Below are positions 11,311-22,394 of a DNA stretch of 64,000 bases, in pieces. The position numbers and the translations under genes are program-made. Where the stretch lies: the NCBI GenBank assembly GCA_918797485.1, contig CAKKNE010000004.1:4898001-4962000 (forward strand), given 5' to 3'. The stretch's first letter is position 1; the number at the start of each line of letters is the position of its first letter. The notes under the pieces are model-generated. The model worked only from the letters and a program-made list of their open reading frames with translations, searched no databases and was not told the origin of the DNA. Origin of the DNA: Pelagomonas calceolata. Taxonomy: Eukaryota.

Positions 11311-14300
11311 CTACTTCGCCATCTGGTGCGCCACCAGAGCGTAGTAGTGCGCCTTCTTCGCCAGGAGCGCGTTGTGCGTGCCCTCCTCCAGGAGGCCACC
11401 CTTGCCGAAGACGCAGATCTTTGAAGCCGACCGGATCGTGCTGAGGCGGTGGGCTATCACCAGCGTCGTACATGAGGACGCGGCCACGAGCTCGTCGAGG
11501 GCGGCCTGCACTACTTTCTCAGAATTCGCGTCGAGCGCAGACGTGGCCTCGTCTAGTATCAACAAACGTGGTTTTCTCACAATTGCGCGGGCAATCGCGA
11601 TTCGTTGCTTCTGACCACCAGAGAGTTGTATACCGCGACTACCAACCTCGGTGTCAAAACCGTCCGGGAAGCCACTGATGAAGTCGTATGCATTCGCGAG
11701 CCGCGCCGCGCGCTCGCAGTCGCTTCGCGTTGCGCCCTCGCGACCGTACGCTATGTTTTCGAATATACTGCCAGTGAATAGCACAGGCTCCTGACTCACG
11801 AGCCCGATACTTGCGCGCAGAGCAGATACGTCCCAACTTCGCACATCGGTGCCATCCACAGAAATACGGCCGCCGTCGACGTCGTAGTAGCGCAGTATTA
11901 GTTGAACCGCCGTCGATTTACCGCTGCCGCTTTCCCCCACGAGCGCGCAAACTTCACCCGCTGCGATGGAAAATGTGAGCCTGTGTGGAAATCAACCAAT
12001 GAGTTAGGTTATCCTGAGCATAATTGCGAGAGACCATCGTCAACCTCCACGCCATCGAGCCAGCGCAGTCATGTGAACAACATCGCGTCGATGGCGTGGA
12101 ATCTCCACGCCATCGAGCAGACGCAGTCACAGGGACAATTGTCGCGTCGATGGCGGGGTACCATGAATTTGATTTCTACACGGACGTGAGCCGCTCATAG
12201 ACCGGGCGGTCGGCCCGCGTCGGGTAGGCGAAGGCGACGTCCTCAAAAGAAACCGTCGCCGCGGCGCCACCCTTGCCCCCGTCGTAACCGGACGGCGCGA
12301 GCGCGTCGATGGGCGATTTGAGGTGGACGATGTCCCACGCTTTCTTGGCTGCCGTCATGGCCTGTAGAAGCGACCGATGAGTCGCGGCGCCGTGGACTTC
12401 CAAACACCGAGCTACTAACCTCGGCCTTGTCGATGGAATCACCAGCCACCGCTCCGATTCCAAACGCCATGAATATAATTACGAGTAGGACCGTCATCAA
12501 GTCGGAAAAGGAGACCCAGCCCTTGCGGAAGAAAATACCGCCGACGTAGTACTGGAAGGCTGCGCCTAACAGAATGGTCGCCGCCTGTGTGCAACGGCGG
12601 TGAGAAAAGACTATCCTCACAAACTAGATCGACGACGCCGTGAAATTTGATTTGTGCACGGGTTGCTACCGCGACACCGGCGCCCAGGCCTCCCGCGAGG
12701 CCCTTTCGAATGGCCTGTCGTTCCGGCAACTCCAAAAAGTCGTCGAACTTTCGCGAGACGGCCGCCTCAATTCCGTAAGCTCGCACTGTTCTCATGTGTA
12801 AAACTGCTTCGGTCGCGATGCCACCGGCCCTGACCAACGACTCCTGGGCAGCTTCCGCGACTCGAGCCACATAAGAACCGGTCACCGCAATAGGTGCGAC
12901 AATAAGAGGGATTATACCCAGCGTGACGAGCGTCAGCCGCCACGACGCGTCGAACGAGATGCCGAGGCCTGTGCGGAAACCAGCCAGTGAGTTGGGTGCA
13001 TCGAGAAGGCGGCGCGTCGATGGCGCGAGAAGCTCCACTGCATTGATTTTATGCACTGACAGAGACCGCCCACAACGATAACGACCATTGCAACGGATAG
13101 GGCGATGCGTTGCCCGACGAGGGCGCGTACGGCTTGCGTGTCTTGGGCGAGTCGCGACGCTAGAGCTCCGGCGGCTCGCTCGGGCGCATCGTGCCCTGTG
13201 TGACAACCGCGTGACAAAAGGCTACTGATCCTCTCCGTCTGGCTTCGCGTTGATGGTGACCGCATCGGCGCGGCCGGGCTAAGTCAATACGAAGAGGGAA
13301 AATTGGACGCCGATTGCGCGCAGGAGATCGGCTGGCGGACCATGGCCTCAAAGGACTTGGTCCGAACATCCCTAACAACGTGCTCGGCTGCACGACTCAA
13401 GCCGTAGGACTTCCAGAGCTCGCCGATCGCGGCACATCCAGCCATCGCCACGAACATCAAGGCCCAGAACCGGGCCTCGCGGCGCATATGGCTCGTCGAG
13501 TGGTTGAAGAACGCCACGAGAAACTCAGCCATCAAAAAGCCCAGCAGCGGTTGCGTCGCGCCGCCGATGGCCGAGCCCACGACGCCCAAGGCGACGAAGG
13601 GCCGCTCGTCGCGCGCCGTCCGCCAGAGCCAGCTCACGACGCGAGATGCCGTCGCCTTGTCCACAGGCGCCGGCGCCTCGACGTCGTCGGCTTTCGTCGA
13701 CCCGGCGTCCGTGTCCGTGACGGCCTCGGCGAGGACGACGTCGTCCTCGGCCACGGGCGCGACGCTCGCGACGCTCGTGCCGCCGTCGTCGGACGACGAC
13801 ACCTGCGCCTCGACGAGCGCCTTGTACGCGCCGCCCTTGGCCATGAGCTCGTCATGCGTGCCGCGCTCGGCCACGGCGCCCTCGTTGAGGACACATATCT
13901 GGTCCGCGCGGCGGATCGTGCTGAGGCGGTGGGCTATCACAAGCGTCGTCCGCGCCTTCGAGGACGTGATGCTGTCGAGCGCCTCCTGGACGACGCGCTC
14001 GGACTTGGCGTCTAGGGCCGAGGTCGCCTCGTCGAGGACCAAGATTTCGGGGTCGCGAACCAACGCCCGCGCAATTGCGACGCGCTGGCGCTGGCCGCCG
14101 CTCAGCTTTACGCCGCAGTCGCCGACCTCGGTGTCAAAACCGTCCGGAAAGCCGCTGATGAAGTCGTAGGCGTTCGCGAGCCGCGCCGCACGCGCGCACT
14201 CGTCGCGCGTCGCGCCACTGCGGCCGAACGCGATGTTCTCAAAGATAGTTCCAGTGAATAGCACAGGCTCCTGCGCGACCAGCCCCATCTTCGACCGGAG

Positions 14301-15668
14301 CGTCGCGACGTCGAGCGTCCGCGCGTCGACGCCGTCGACGACCACGGCGCCGCCCGAGACCTCGTAGAAGCGCAGCAGCAGCTGCACGACCGTGGACTTG
14401 CCGCAGCCCGAGGGGCCCACGAGCGCGCACGTCGTCCCCGCCGGGATGTCGAGGCAGAGTCCCGCGCAGACGGGCCGGTCCGGCCGCGCCGGGTAGCTGA
14501 ACTGGACGTCGACGAACTCGATGGTCCCGGCGCCCCGCGTCGTCGAGACGGACGCCCGCCGCGCCGCGGCCTTCACGTTGGCGGCGTCGGTGATGGACGT
14601 GGCGTCGGCTTCGTCGATGATCTTGAAGACGCGCGTGGCCTCGGACCGGGCGAGCTGGTAGGCGGCGATGCCCGGGAGGGCCTGGAGCAGCGCCAAACCG
14701 CCGAACAACACGCAGAGGAAGGCCGTCATCACGTCGCCGCCCGAGATGCACTTGTTGTTCGGCTCGCGGAGGTCGCCGGAAGAATCGCGGCGGTAGTTGC
14801 AGTAGTCGTGGCGCTTCATGTCCTGGCGGATGAGGTAGCTCCCGTACCACAACCCGAGGGCCCAGGTGCCGTAGAGGATGCACGAGACGAGCGCCGCGTT
14901 CGCGCCCGTCGACACGGCGGCGCCGAGCGTCGCGTCCGCCGCGCGCGCGCACGCCGCCGCGTAGCGGTTCATCTCCCGGCGCTCGCCGCCGAACGCCGCC
15001 ACGGTCCGCACGTTGACGAGCGCCTCGTTCGCGACGGCCGACGCGGCCGCCGACGCGTCTGCCGCCTTGGCGTTCGCCCGGCTCGCGACCTTTGACGCGA
15101 GGCCCAGGAGCACGACCACGATGGGCAGCGCGCCGACCGACACCAACGCCAGCGACCAAGCGTAGTAGAGCGACACGGCCAGACCAAAGACGAAGGCGAA
15201 GACGCCCTGCAGCGCGGTGGTGAGCTTCTCGCCGAGCCCGTCTTGGATGGCGAGCGTGGATTCGAGCACCGACGCGCCGACGGCGCCCTGGTCGCTCTGG
15301 TCGAACCAGCTGATCGGTCGTGATAAGACGGCGGCAAAGTACTTCTCGCGGCAGCGCCGCGCTTGCGCCGCGGCGACGCGCGTCGCCAGCGCGGTCTGGA
15401 GCGTGATCGTGATGAGCTGTTGGATGCCCACGACGGCGTACATGAGCGCGAAGAAGTGGACGAGTTTTACAGCCTCGGCCGTGTCGGCCGTGTTGAAGCT
15501 GTCGAGGAGATTGCCGAAGATGATGAGCTGCGCCGGCTGGTTCAGGCCGCTGACCATCACCGTCACGAAGGCGGCGGCGTACATGGCGACGTCCTTGCAG
15601 GACGCGTAGCGGAGGATGTGCTGCGCGCGGCGCGGCGGCTTCTTTTTGTTCTCGGCGGGCTCCACCAT
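11311..15668 (-). CDS. Full-length ABC transporter, subfamily B (MDR/P-glycoprotein-like), ~1,259 aa, 5 introns
   Basis: Two TMD+NBD halves; Walker A GPSGCGKST and GESGSGKST, LSGGQ(R/K)QR signature, DEATSALD. Introns 13196-13321 (GC), 12969-13066, 12585-12669, 12362-12419, 11981-12191 (GC) leave 3,780 nt in frame from ATG 15668. Confidence 0.92.
11981..12191 (-). mobile_element. Introner element (TIR family) forming a GC-AG intron in the ABCB gene
   Basis: Element 11981-12183 has TIRs CTGTGTGGAAATCA / TGATTTCTACACGG; flanking 8-bp TSD atgtgagc (11973-11980) vs acgtgagc (12184-12191). Confidence 0.9.
12969..13066 (-). mobile_element. Degenerate TIR-family introner intron in the ABCB gene (a similar one is at 12585-12669)
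   Basis: Intron starts GTCTCTGT, resembling the next exon start GCCTCGGC, followed by CAGTGCATAAAATCA...TGGTTTCCGCACAG. Confidence 0.7.
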
Positions 15669-16089
15669 CGGTGCTTTACACATTTGTACGCAGGTGCAGC
15701 GTTTTCGCACTGTTCAGCAACTTGTAGATGAGGTGGCTGCTTGAGCTCTATTTGTTGATTTGCGCAATCGTTGGAATTGTAACGCAGCACCGGTTTTATC
15801 GATGCAAACGCGATCGATGTGAGCGTCCGGCAGCACCTTTTGTCCGGCACCACGCTGTTTACAAACTTGCGTGCGACAGAGCTGGCACTCTCCAGAGACA
15901 TACTAGGCCGACAGCAGCCCGGCAATTGGTCTGGGGACTTACTACGACTACTTGGAGAGGATACCAAGTAATTTGGAATGAGAGGCTACTAAAAAACGGC
16001 GGTCAAGCAGACCCCGCGTCGTCGGCGATCGACGGGGGCTGCAAGCTCGTAGGCGGCCTAGCTCTAAGCAAAGTATAAAAATGTATAAC

Positions 16090-17388
16090 TCACTTACCGT
16101 TAGCCTCGCGCCGTTGCCGCTCCTTGGCTGCCAATTCCTCATCCTCCGCCGCCGCAGCCGACGCGAGACGCTCTCGCTCGCTCCGAGTAGGCCGCAGCAG
16201 CGCCGTCGCCGCGCGGTCGAAGAGCGGCCCGACGAGGTGCGGCGCGTAGCAGTACGTCGTACAGTCGACGTCGTGGCCGCGCTGGCCGAGGTGGAGGTCC
16301 CCGCGGTCCTTGTAGAGGTCGAAGACCTCGACGACGGGCACGCCGCTCTTCGACTGCGCTCGGATTTTGGCCTCGAGGGCCGCGTAGCCGCCGCCCGTGA
16401 CGTTCGGCGCGCAGAGTGTCGGCGTCCCGACCGCGGCCCGCCTGAGCCCCGAGCCGTCGCCGGTCACGAAATGCTGCGGGTACGTCTCGCGCCAGGCCAG
16501 CAGCACGCGCGCGGGGTCCGGCAGCGCGTTGCGCCACCGCGTGATCGCGTCCAAGAAGCCCACGACGCTCGCGACGTAGGCGTCCTCGGGCTGGTCCGCG
16601 CCGGACCCGAGGCCGTCCATGGACCCGTCGTTGAAGACGTGCGCGACGCGCGCGCCGGCCGTCGGCGCGAGCGCGTTCGCCGCGTCGAGCACCGCCGCGA
16701 CGCCCCGGAACCGCGCGACGCCGAAGAGCCGCATCGCGTGCACGCGCAGGCATCGGCCAGTCCGCTGGCACGCCTTGAAGCTCTTGAACGGCAGCCGCTC
16801 GTGCGGCCGGAGCGCCGCCCACGTCGCGTTGCCGACTTTTTGCCGCAGGTCCGCCGCGAACGCGCCAGAATCTTTCTCCTCGACCGCCCAGTGCGCGCGC
16901 AGCAGCTCGCAGAAGAGGTGGTGCGCGTCGGCCACGGAAGTTGCGTCGCCCCAGATGTAGAGGTCGCCGACGCCGCGCGACGCAAGCCGCGCCGCGGCCT
17001 CGCCGGCCGAGCTGCTGCCGGCGTGGTTGTCGTGCGCGTGCCAGAACCTACGCTGCGATTCCGTCGTCGTCTCGAGGCAGTGCGCGCGCGGCTGATGGTG
17101 GATGGCGCAGCGCCGCTTGTAGAGCTCGGTCTCCTCATCCCCCGCCATGCAGCCGTCCGCGGCGGCGAGCTGCGCCGCCCGCCGGAGCGTGACGCCCTCA
17201 TGCGCCAGCACGCAGCGCTCGCCCTTCGTGAAGTCGACCTGCACCGACGCGGGGACGAGCTCCGCCGCCGCCGTCGTGTGCGCCTGCATCCATTTAGCTG
17301 CCGGGTACTCGTTCTCCCGGAGCGGCCCGAAGCCGATGCGCTTGGCGGCTCCCGCCGCGAAGAGCAGGGGCAGCCATCGGTTGCGCAT
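16090..17388 (-). CDS. Secreted protein with a degenerate SGNH/PC-esterase (TBL-like) fold
   Basis: Signal-like MRNRWLPLLFAAGAA; motifs YIWGDA, LAWRETYPQHF and DCTTYC correspond to the GDS, xRxxxPxHF and DCxHWC motifs. Confidence 0.55.
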   Translation of the reverse strand: MRNRWLPLLFAAGAAKRIGFGPLRENEYPAAKWMQAHTTAAAELVPASVQVDFTKGERCVLAHEGVTLRRAAQLAAADGCMAGDEETELYKRRCAIHHQPRAHCLETTTESQRRFWHAHDNHAGSSSAGEAAARLASRGVGDLYIWGDATSVADAHHLFCELLRAHWAVEEKDSGAFAADLRQKVGNATWAALRPHERLPFKSFKACQRTGRCLRVHAMRLFGVARFRGVAAVLDAANALAPTAGARVAHVFNDGSMDGLGSGADQPEDAYVASVVGFLDAITRWRNALPDPARVLLAWRETYPQHFVTGDGSGLRRAAVGTPTLCAPNVTGGGYAALEAKIRAQSKSGVPVVEVFDLYKDRGDLHLGQRGHDVDCTTYCYAPHLVGPLFDRAATALLRPTRSERERLASAAAAEDEELAAKERQRREANGK

Positions 17389-17651
17389 CGTGCTGCCCCA
17401 GAGCTTCGACGCCTCGGAGGCTTGGCTGCCCCAGAGCTCGCGGGGCTCGGCTCGAGCGGAGGCTGGCAATTTTTGTTGTCGCGCACGGGTTTTGACAGAA
17501 GATGTGAATCTGATGTTTCCGTAGCTCTCAGAGAGTTGCAGAGATTGATCATTAAGCTGGTATAAGGCGATATCGATCGTTGCGGGTTTTCGGGTCATTT
17601 TGGGTCACTTTGTTAGCTCCACTTGCATTGGAGAACAGCCGCCGTGGCGCC

Positions 17652-18002
17652 ATGGCGGCGGAATTGGCGGCTTCGATTGTCGCGGCGGCTTCTACGTTGC
17701 ATGAGCAACACACGGAGCGCAAGCTTGTCCGCGTGAGAGAGGGCTTCGTCCGCGGTGGTGATGCTAAGTTCGAGGACATCCCGCGGGAGCTTAAGGCAAT
17801 TTGGCACGAGCAGAAAGAATTTGAATTCGGAGGAGAGACCTTTGAAAGAGGTGAAACCGTGCAAGTGCCGCTCGCAAAGATGCTCGCGGAGGGTTGGACC
17901 GTCGAGCGCGAGATCAAGCCCGCGGCGGACGTCTCATACCTCGTGCTCGCGCGAACGGCGCCGCGCCCGCGCCCGGGGCCGCCGGCCGCGGGCGGCGTCT
18001 AG
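17652..18002 (+). CDS. Small hypothetical protein (~116 aa)
   Basis: ATG 17652 ORF with natural-looking composition (MAAELAASIV...MLAEGWTVERE); no recognised motif. Confidence 0.5.
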   Translation: MAAELAASIVAAASTLHEQHTERKLVRVREGFVRGGDAKFEDIPRELKAIWHEQKEFEFGGETFERGETVQVPLAKMLAEGWTVEREIKPAADVSYLVLARTAPRPRPGPPAAGGV

Positions 18003-18057
18003 CTAGCCCAAGGGCCTGTTCGGGCGCGACGTAAGGTACAGAAAAAGCATAGATATG

Positions 18058-20268
18058 TTAAAACTCCTCGACCCGCGTCCCGTCGTCCGGCGCAGCGAAC
18101 GCCGGCGCGCGCGTCTCGACGGGGTCCACGAACGTTGGTGGCCGAAGGGCCCGCAGCCGCTTCTTCTCGGCGATGAGCAGCTTGTATTTGGCCTGGTACT
18201 CGCGGATGGGTCGCGCGTGCCCGAGCGCGCGGCGCACGTCCCGCCAGACGGCGGCGTACCAGTCGGCGCGCTCCGTCGCGCCGCCGGCGCGCGCGCGCTT
18301 GTACGCGTCGGCGACGACGATCTTCAGGCGCCGGACCTCGGCGTCCGTCCAGGGCGTCGGGTCGTCGTTCTCGTCACGTTGGTCGTTTTGCCAGGCGGCC
18401 GGGCTCGCCGCGGCGCGCGCCCGCGCGAGCAGCGACGGCGGCGACGCACGGGCCGGCGTCGCGTCGATGGCCGGGATGGCCGGCGGCGAAAAGATGGGCG
18501 TCGCCGGGCTAATATCGCAGGTCGACGGCGAGGCGCGCGTGCTCGGCGTCGCGTCCGCCGCGTCCGCCGCGCGCGGCGCCTCGTCGCCGTCCGACGACGA
18601 CGAGTCGTCGATGGACGAGCCGAGCACGCGCGCGGCCCGCGCCGCCGTGTCGTCCGGCGACGGCATCGGGCCGCGCGGCGACGCCTCCGGCGACGACGAC
18701 GCGTCCGAGTCCGAGGCGTCCCCGTCGGACGCCGGCGACGCGGCGAGCGCCGGCACCGACACAGGCGTCGGGACGGCCGCGCGGCCCGCCGCGAGGACCT
18801 CGGGCGAGTCGCTCGCCGCCGTCGAGGCGAGCGCCGACGGGCTGTCCTTGCGTGGGACCTCGGGCGAGCTCGAGGTCGTCGAAGCGAGGACCTCGGGCGA
18901 CGTCGACGCCGTCGTCGACGCCGTCGAGGCGAGGAACGAGGGACCCGCGCGCGGCGAGGCGAAGGCGACGGGCGACGGCAGGGCCGGCGGCGGCGACGGC
19001 AGCTGGCAGACCGGCGCGACGTCGTCGCCGTCGCTCGCGTCGGCGCGCGGCGGCGGCAGGCCGAAGGCGGCGAAGGCGCCGGCCACGGGGCTCGCGGCGA
19101 CGGCGGCGTCCGCGGCCGCGAGGTCGAGGGGCGCGCCGTCGCCGACGCGCCCGAAGTCGTACGAGAAGGCGGCGCTCGGCTCGAAGCGCCGCGGCTTGTC
19201 GGCCTCGGGCGCGGCGGCGGCCGGGGGCGCCGCGTCGTCGAAGAGGCCGCCGTACGAGAAGCGCGCGCTCGGGTCCGGCAGGGCCTTCGCGCGCGCCGGC
19301 GGCGCGGCGGTCGTGGTCGTCGTCGTCGGGGCGGGCGCCGCCGCCGCGACCGTGGCGGGCGGCTCGTCGCGCGGCGCATTCCTTAGGAACGCGTGGTCGA
19401 GCGCGGCCTGGGCCGACGGCCGCGCCGCAGGGTCGAGGCGGAGCAGCGCATCACATAAATCGGTGCCGCTCACATCGGCGCCGCGCAGCTCCAGGGGAAA
19501 GGCGCGGCGCCTCCGCTTATCCGCCGGCGGCTCCAACCTTAATCCAGTGGCCAATCTTATACCGTCCTGCCAGCCCGCCTGCCACGGGTTGCCCCTCGCC
19601 TGAAAAATTTTGTGGACTAAATCAGCCTCAGAGGAAGCCGGGAAGAGGGGCCGCCCCTTCGTCAACAACTCGCCCAACACACACCCACAGGCCCAGACGT
19701 CGACGGGACTCGAGTAGACCTTCGACCGCAGCGCGTTCTCGGGCGCGCGGTACCAGCGCGTCGACACGTAGTCCGTGTAGGGCGGCGCGGACCGCACCTC
19801 GCGCGCGCAGCCCAGATCCGCGATCTTGCATAACCCCTTGGTGACGAGGACGTTCTCCGGCTTGATGTCCCGATGGAAGAAGCCGCGGCGGTGCATGTGA
19901 CTTAAACCTCGCAGGACGTCCCGCGCGACGCCCGCCGCCTTTTCACGACTAAAGTAGTCCCCCTTCTTCATGGCGTCGTATAAATTGCCGCCGTCCACAA
20001 ATTCCATCACAATAAAGACGGACCCGTCGGCCTTCGCGTGGATCACCTCCATGACTCGTATGAGGTTGGCGTGGCCGCCTCGATCCTGGCACTTTTTGAG
20101 GGATGAAATCTCGCGCTGCTGGAGGCACTCGGTCCAGCTCCGGAATCGCTTCGCGATGTGTTTTATTGCTACGGTCTTGTGGTCTTTTGTCGCTCGACAC
20201 ACGCTGCCGAAGGCGCCCCTTCCTAATAATCTATCTACTTTGTAGCCGTAGGCCTCGCACACAGCCAT
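18058..20268 (-). CDS. CMGC/RCK Ser/Thr kinase (MAK/MOK-like) with a low-complexity linker and a C-terminal Myb/SANT-like domain
   Basis: GRGAFG, VAIK, FFHRDIKPEN, DLG, PPYTDYVSTRWYRAPE (TDY activation loop); C-terminal WTDAEVRRL...WRDV...YQAKY. Confidence 0.9.
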   Translation of the reverse strand: MAVCEAYGYKVDRLLGRGAFGSVCRATKDHKTVAIKHIAKRFRSWTECLQQREISSLKKCQDRGGHANLIRVMEVIHAKADGSVFIVMEFVDGGNLYDAMKKGDYFSREKAAGVARDVLRGLSHMHRRGFFHRDIKPENVLVTKGLCKIADLGCAREVRSAPPYTDYVSTRWYRAPENALRSKVYSSPVDVWACGCVLGELLTKGRPLFPASSEADLVHKIFQARGNPWQAGWQDGIRLATGLRLEPPADKRRRRAFPLELRGADVSGTDLCDALLRLDPAARPSAQAALDHAFLRNAPRDEPPATVAAAAPAPTTTTTTAAPPARAKALPDPSARFSYGGLFDDAAPPAAAAPEADKPRRFEPSAAFSYDFGRVGDGAPLDLAAADAAVAASPVAGAFAAFGLPPPRADASDGDDVAPVCQLPSPPPALPSPVAFASPRAGPSFLASTASTTASTSPEVLASTTSSSPEVPRKDSPSALASTAASDSPEVLAAGRAAVPTPVSVPALAASPASDGDASDSDASSSPEASPRGPMPSPDDTAARAARVLGSSIDDSSSSDGDEAPRAADAADATPSTRASPSTCDISPATPIFSPPAIPAIDATPARASPPSLLARARAAASPAAWQNDQRDENDDPTPWTDAEVRRLKIVVADAYKRARAGGATERADWYAAVWRDVRRALGHARPIREYQAKYKLLIAEKKRLRALRPPTFVDPVETRAPAFAAPDDGTRVEEF

Positions 20269-20780
20269 CTTTTTTTTGGTTTTGGTCCTCTCGGTGGTTT
20301 GATCTGTTGCGTGGGTCCGGCGGTGCCGGCGCTGGCTGTTTTGATCTTTGTCAGTAGATTTGCTTGCGCGGGCAGCGTTTCGGCTGGCGCCCGCCCGCGC
20401 GCGGTTCGGCCGAGGTCACTGGTCGGACTGAATTTGCCCGGACATTTTAGTGTTTCTATGCCTCGGAGGGGGAAAGGTCGTCCTGGACGTTGTGTTTGCA
20501 AGGATGGATGCTTCAAAAAAAAAGCTAGTGGCTTTACGCTATCGAGGTCTATCGATAGTCCACACACGCAGTCGCTGAGAGCAAGCTACGCTGCTTCCCG
20601 GCGGCGGCCGGTGGCGTCTGGCGCCGTAGACTTTCGCCTCTAAGCCGCGCATACGCTGTGTGCGTTGCGCCGAGCTCCGCGGCCGCATACACGCGTAACT
20701 TGGCGCGGAGGCAGCAGAGCGCGCCTGTTTGCGCCGCGCCGAGCTTCCGCGGCACAACTCACGGGCTCGCGCACGCGAAG

Positions 20781-22157
20781 ATGGACCCGACAGTCGCCGC
20801 GCCCACGTTGGGCGGCCTCGGCGGCCTCCCGCCGCCGGGCGTCGACGAGGTCGTGACGACGGGCTACGCGGGGGGACCGCTCGGCGTCGCGCTGCCGCCG
20901 CCCGCGTCGAGCGACATCGGCCTCGGCGCCTTGGGCCCGCCGAACGACCCGCCCGTGCCGCCGGGCGCGGCAAGCCTGGGCGGCCTGCCGCTGGGGGCGG
21001 CCGCGCCGGGCATGCAGCCCCCGCCCTCGGCTTTCGGGCCGACGTCGCTCAGCGAGGCCGTGAGCCACCGCCTCGACGCGGGGGCCCTGCGCGCGCTCGC
21101 CGAGCTCGAGACGGCCGAGGCCGACGCCATCGCGCAGCGCCTCGAGCAGGCCGGCGCGACCGTCCGCAACCCCAGCGCCTACGTGCACCGCGCGGTCAAC
21201 AACGCGCGGCGCCGCGGCACGCAAGCGCCGCCCTACGGCCAGCCCGGCGGCGCCTACGGCGGCGGCGCGGCCGCAGGCCAGCTCGACCAGAACGCCCTGA
21301 GCGCGCTGCAGGAGCTGCCCCAGGAGCAGGCGACGTCGATCCTCGACGAGCTCGCGTCCAAGGGCGCCGGCGTGCGCAACCCGTCGGCCTACGTCGTCAA
21401 GGCCGTCGGCAACGCGCGGCGCCAGTTGGAAGGAGGCGGCCGCTTCTACGGCGGCGGCCCGCCCGGCGGCCCGCCGCGGGGCTACGGCGGCGGCGGCTAC
21501 GGCCGGCCGCCGATGCACGGCCAGCCGCCGGCGCCGCGCGGCTACGGCGCGCCGCAGCAGCCCTTCGGCCCCACGGGCCAGCAGCTCGACTACCCCGGCG
21601 GCCACTACTACGAGCACCACGCGGCGCCGCCGCCGTCGCAGCCCTTCGACACGGACGCGGCGGTGGCTGCCGAGTATGCTCACTTAGATCAAAAGGCCGT
21701 CGCGGCCCTGCAGGCCTTGCCGGCGCTCCAGTCGACGCAGATCCTTTTGGAGCTGCGCAGGAAGAGAGGTGCCATCCGCAACCCGAGCGCTTATGTGATG
21801 CGTGCCACGGCGAACGCCGCCGCGGGCACGGTGCCCGACACGGCGCGGTCGCCGCAGTACGCCCAGTATCATCAACAGCAGCAGCAGCAGCAGTACCAGT
21901 ACGACCCGTCCCAACAGCAGTACGGCCAGCCGCCGGCGCCGGCCGACCAGCAGGCGGCGTACCAGCAGCAGCAGTACGCGCAGTACGGCCCGCCGGCGGG
22001 CTACGCCGCCGCGCCGGGCGCCGCGCCGGGCGCCGCGCCCGACTACGCGGCCTACGCCGACGCCGAGGCGGCCTATGCCGCGTACGCGGCCGGCGGCCAG
22101 CCGGCGGCCTACGCTCAGCCGGGCTCCGCGCCCGGCGCGCCGGAACCCGGCGCCTAA
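20781..22157 (+). CDS. Protein with three hnRNP-Q acidic-domain-like helical repeats and Pro/Gly/Gln/Tyr-rich low-complexity regions (putative RNA-associated)
   Basis: Three LD..AL.AL..L......IL..L......VRNPSAYV repeats; GYGGGGYG and poly-Q/Y tracts. Confidence 0.7.
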   Translation: MDPTVAAPTLGGLGGLPPPGVDEVVTTGYAGGPLGVALPPPASSDIGLGALGPPNDPPVPPGAASLGGLPLGAAAPGMQPPPSAFGPTSLSEAVSHRLDAGALRALAELETAEADAIAQRLEQAGATVRNPSAYVHRAVNNARRRGTQAPPYGQPGGAYGGGAAAGQLDQNALSALQELPQEQATSILDELASKGAGVRNPSAYVVKAVGNARRQLEGGGRFYGGGPPGGPPRGYGGGGYGRPPMHGQPPAPRGYGAPQQPFGPTGQQLDYPGGHYYEHHAAPPPSQPFDTDAAVAAEYAHLDQKAVAALQALPALQSTQILLELRRKRGAIRNPSAYVMRATANAAAGTVPDTARSPQYAQYHQQQQQQQYQYDPSQQQYGQPPAPADQQAAYQQQQYAQYGPPAGYAAAPGAAPGAAPDYAAYADAEAAYAAYAAGGQPAAYAQPGSAPGAPEPGA

Positions 22158-22394
22158 CTCCTCGAACCACGTCCTCGCGGAGTACGCGCCTGAAGAAACC
22201 GCTCCACCAAGAACCTCCTCGTGCCGCGCACGCACACCGTCCTCGATCGCGCCCGATCTTCTGCCGGGTGTCGCGTTGCAGCAGTCCCCTCCCCTCCCCG
22301 TTTAGCCCCTCGCCGGGCTTGTTACTAATTATGATCGAAAAAAAATGTACTAGATATGAGAGTTAAATACAGAGGTCGCCCCTAAAAACGCCGC

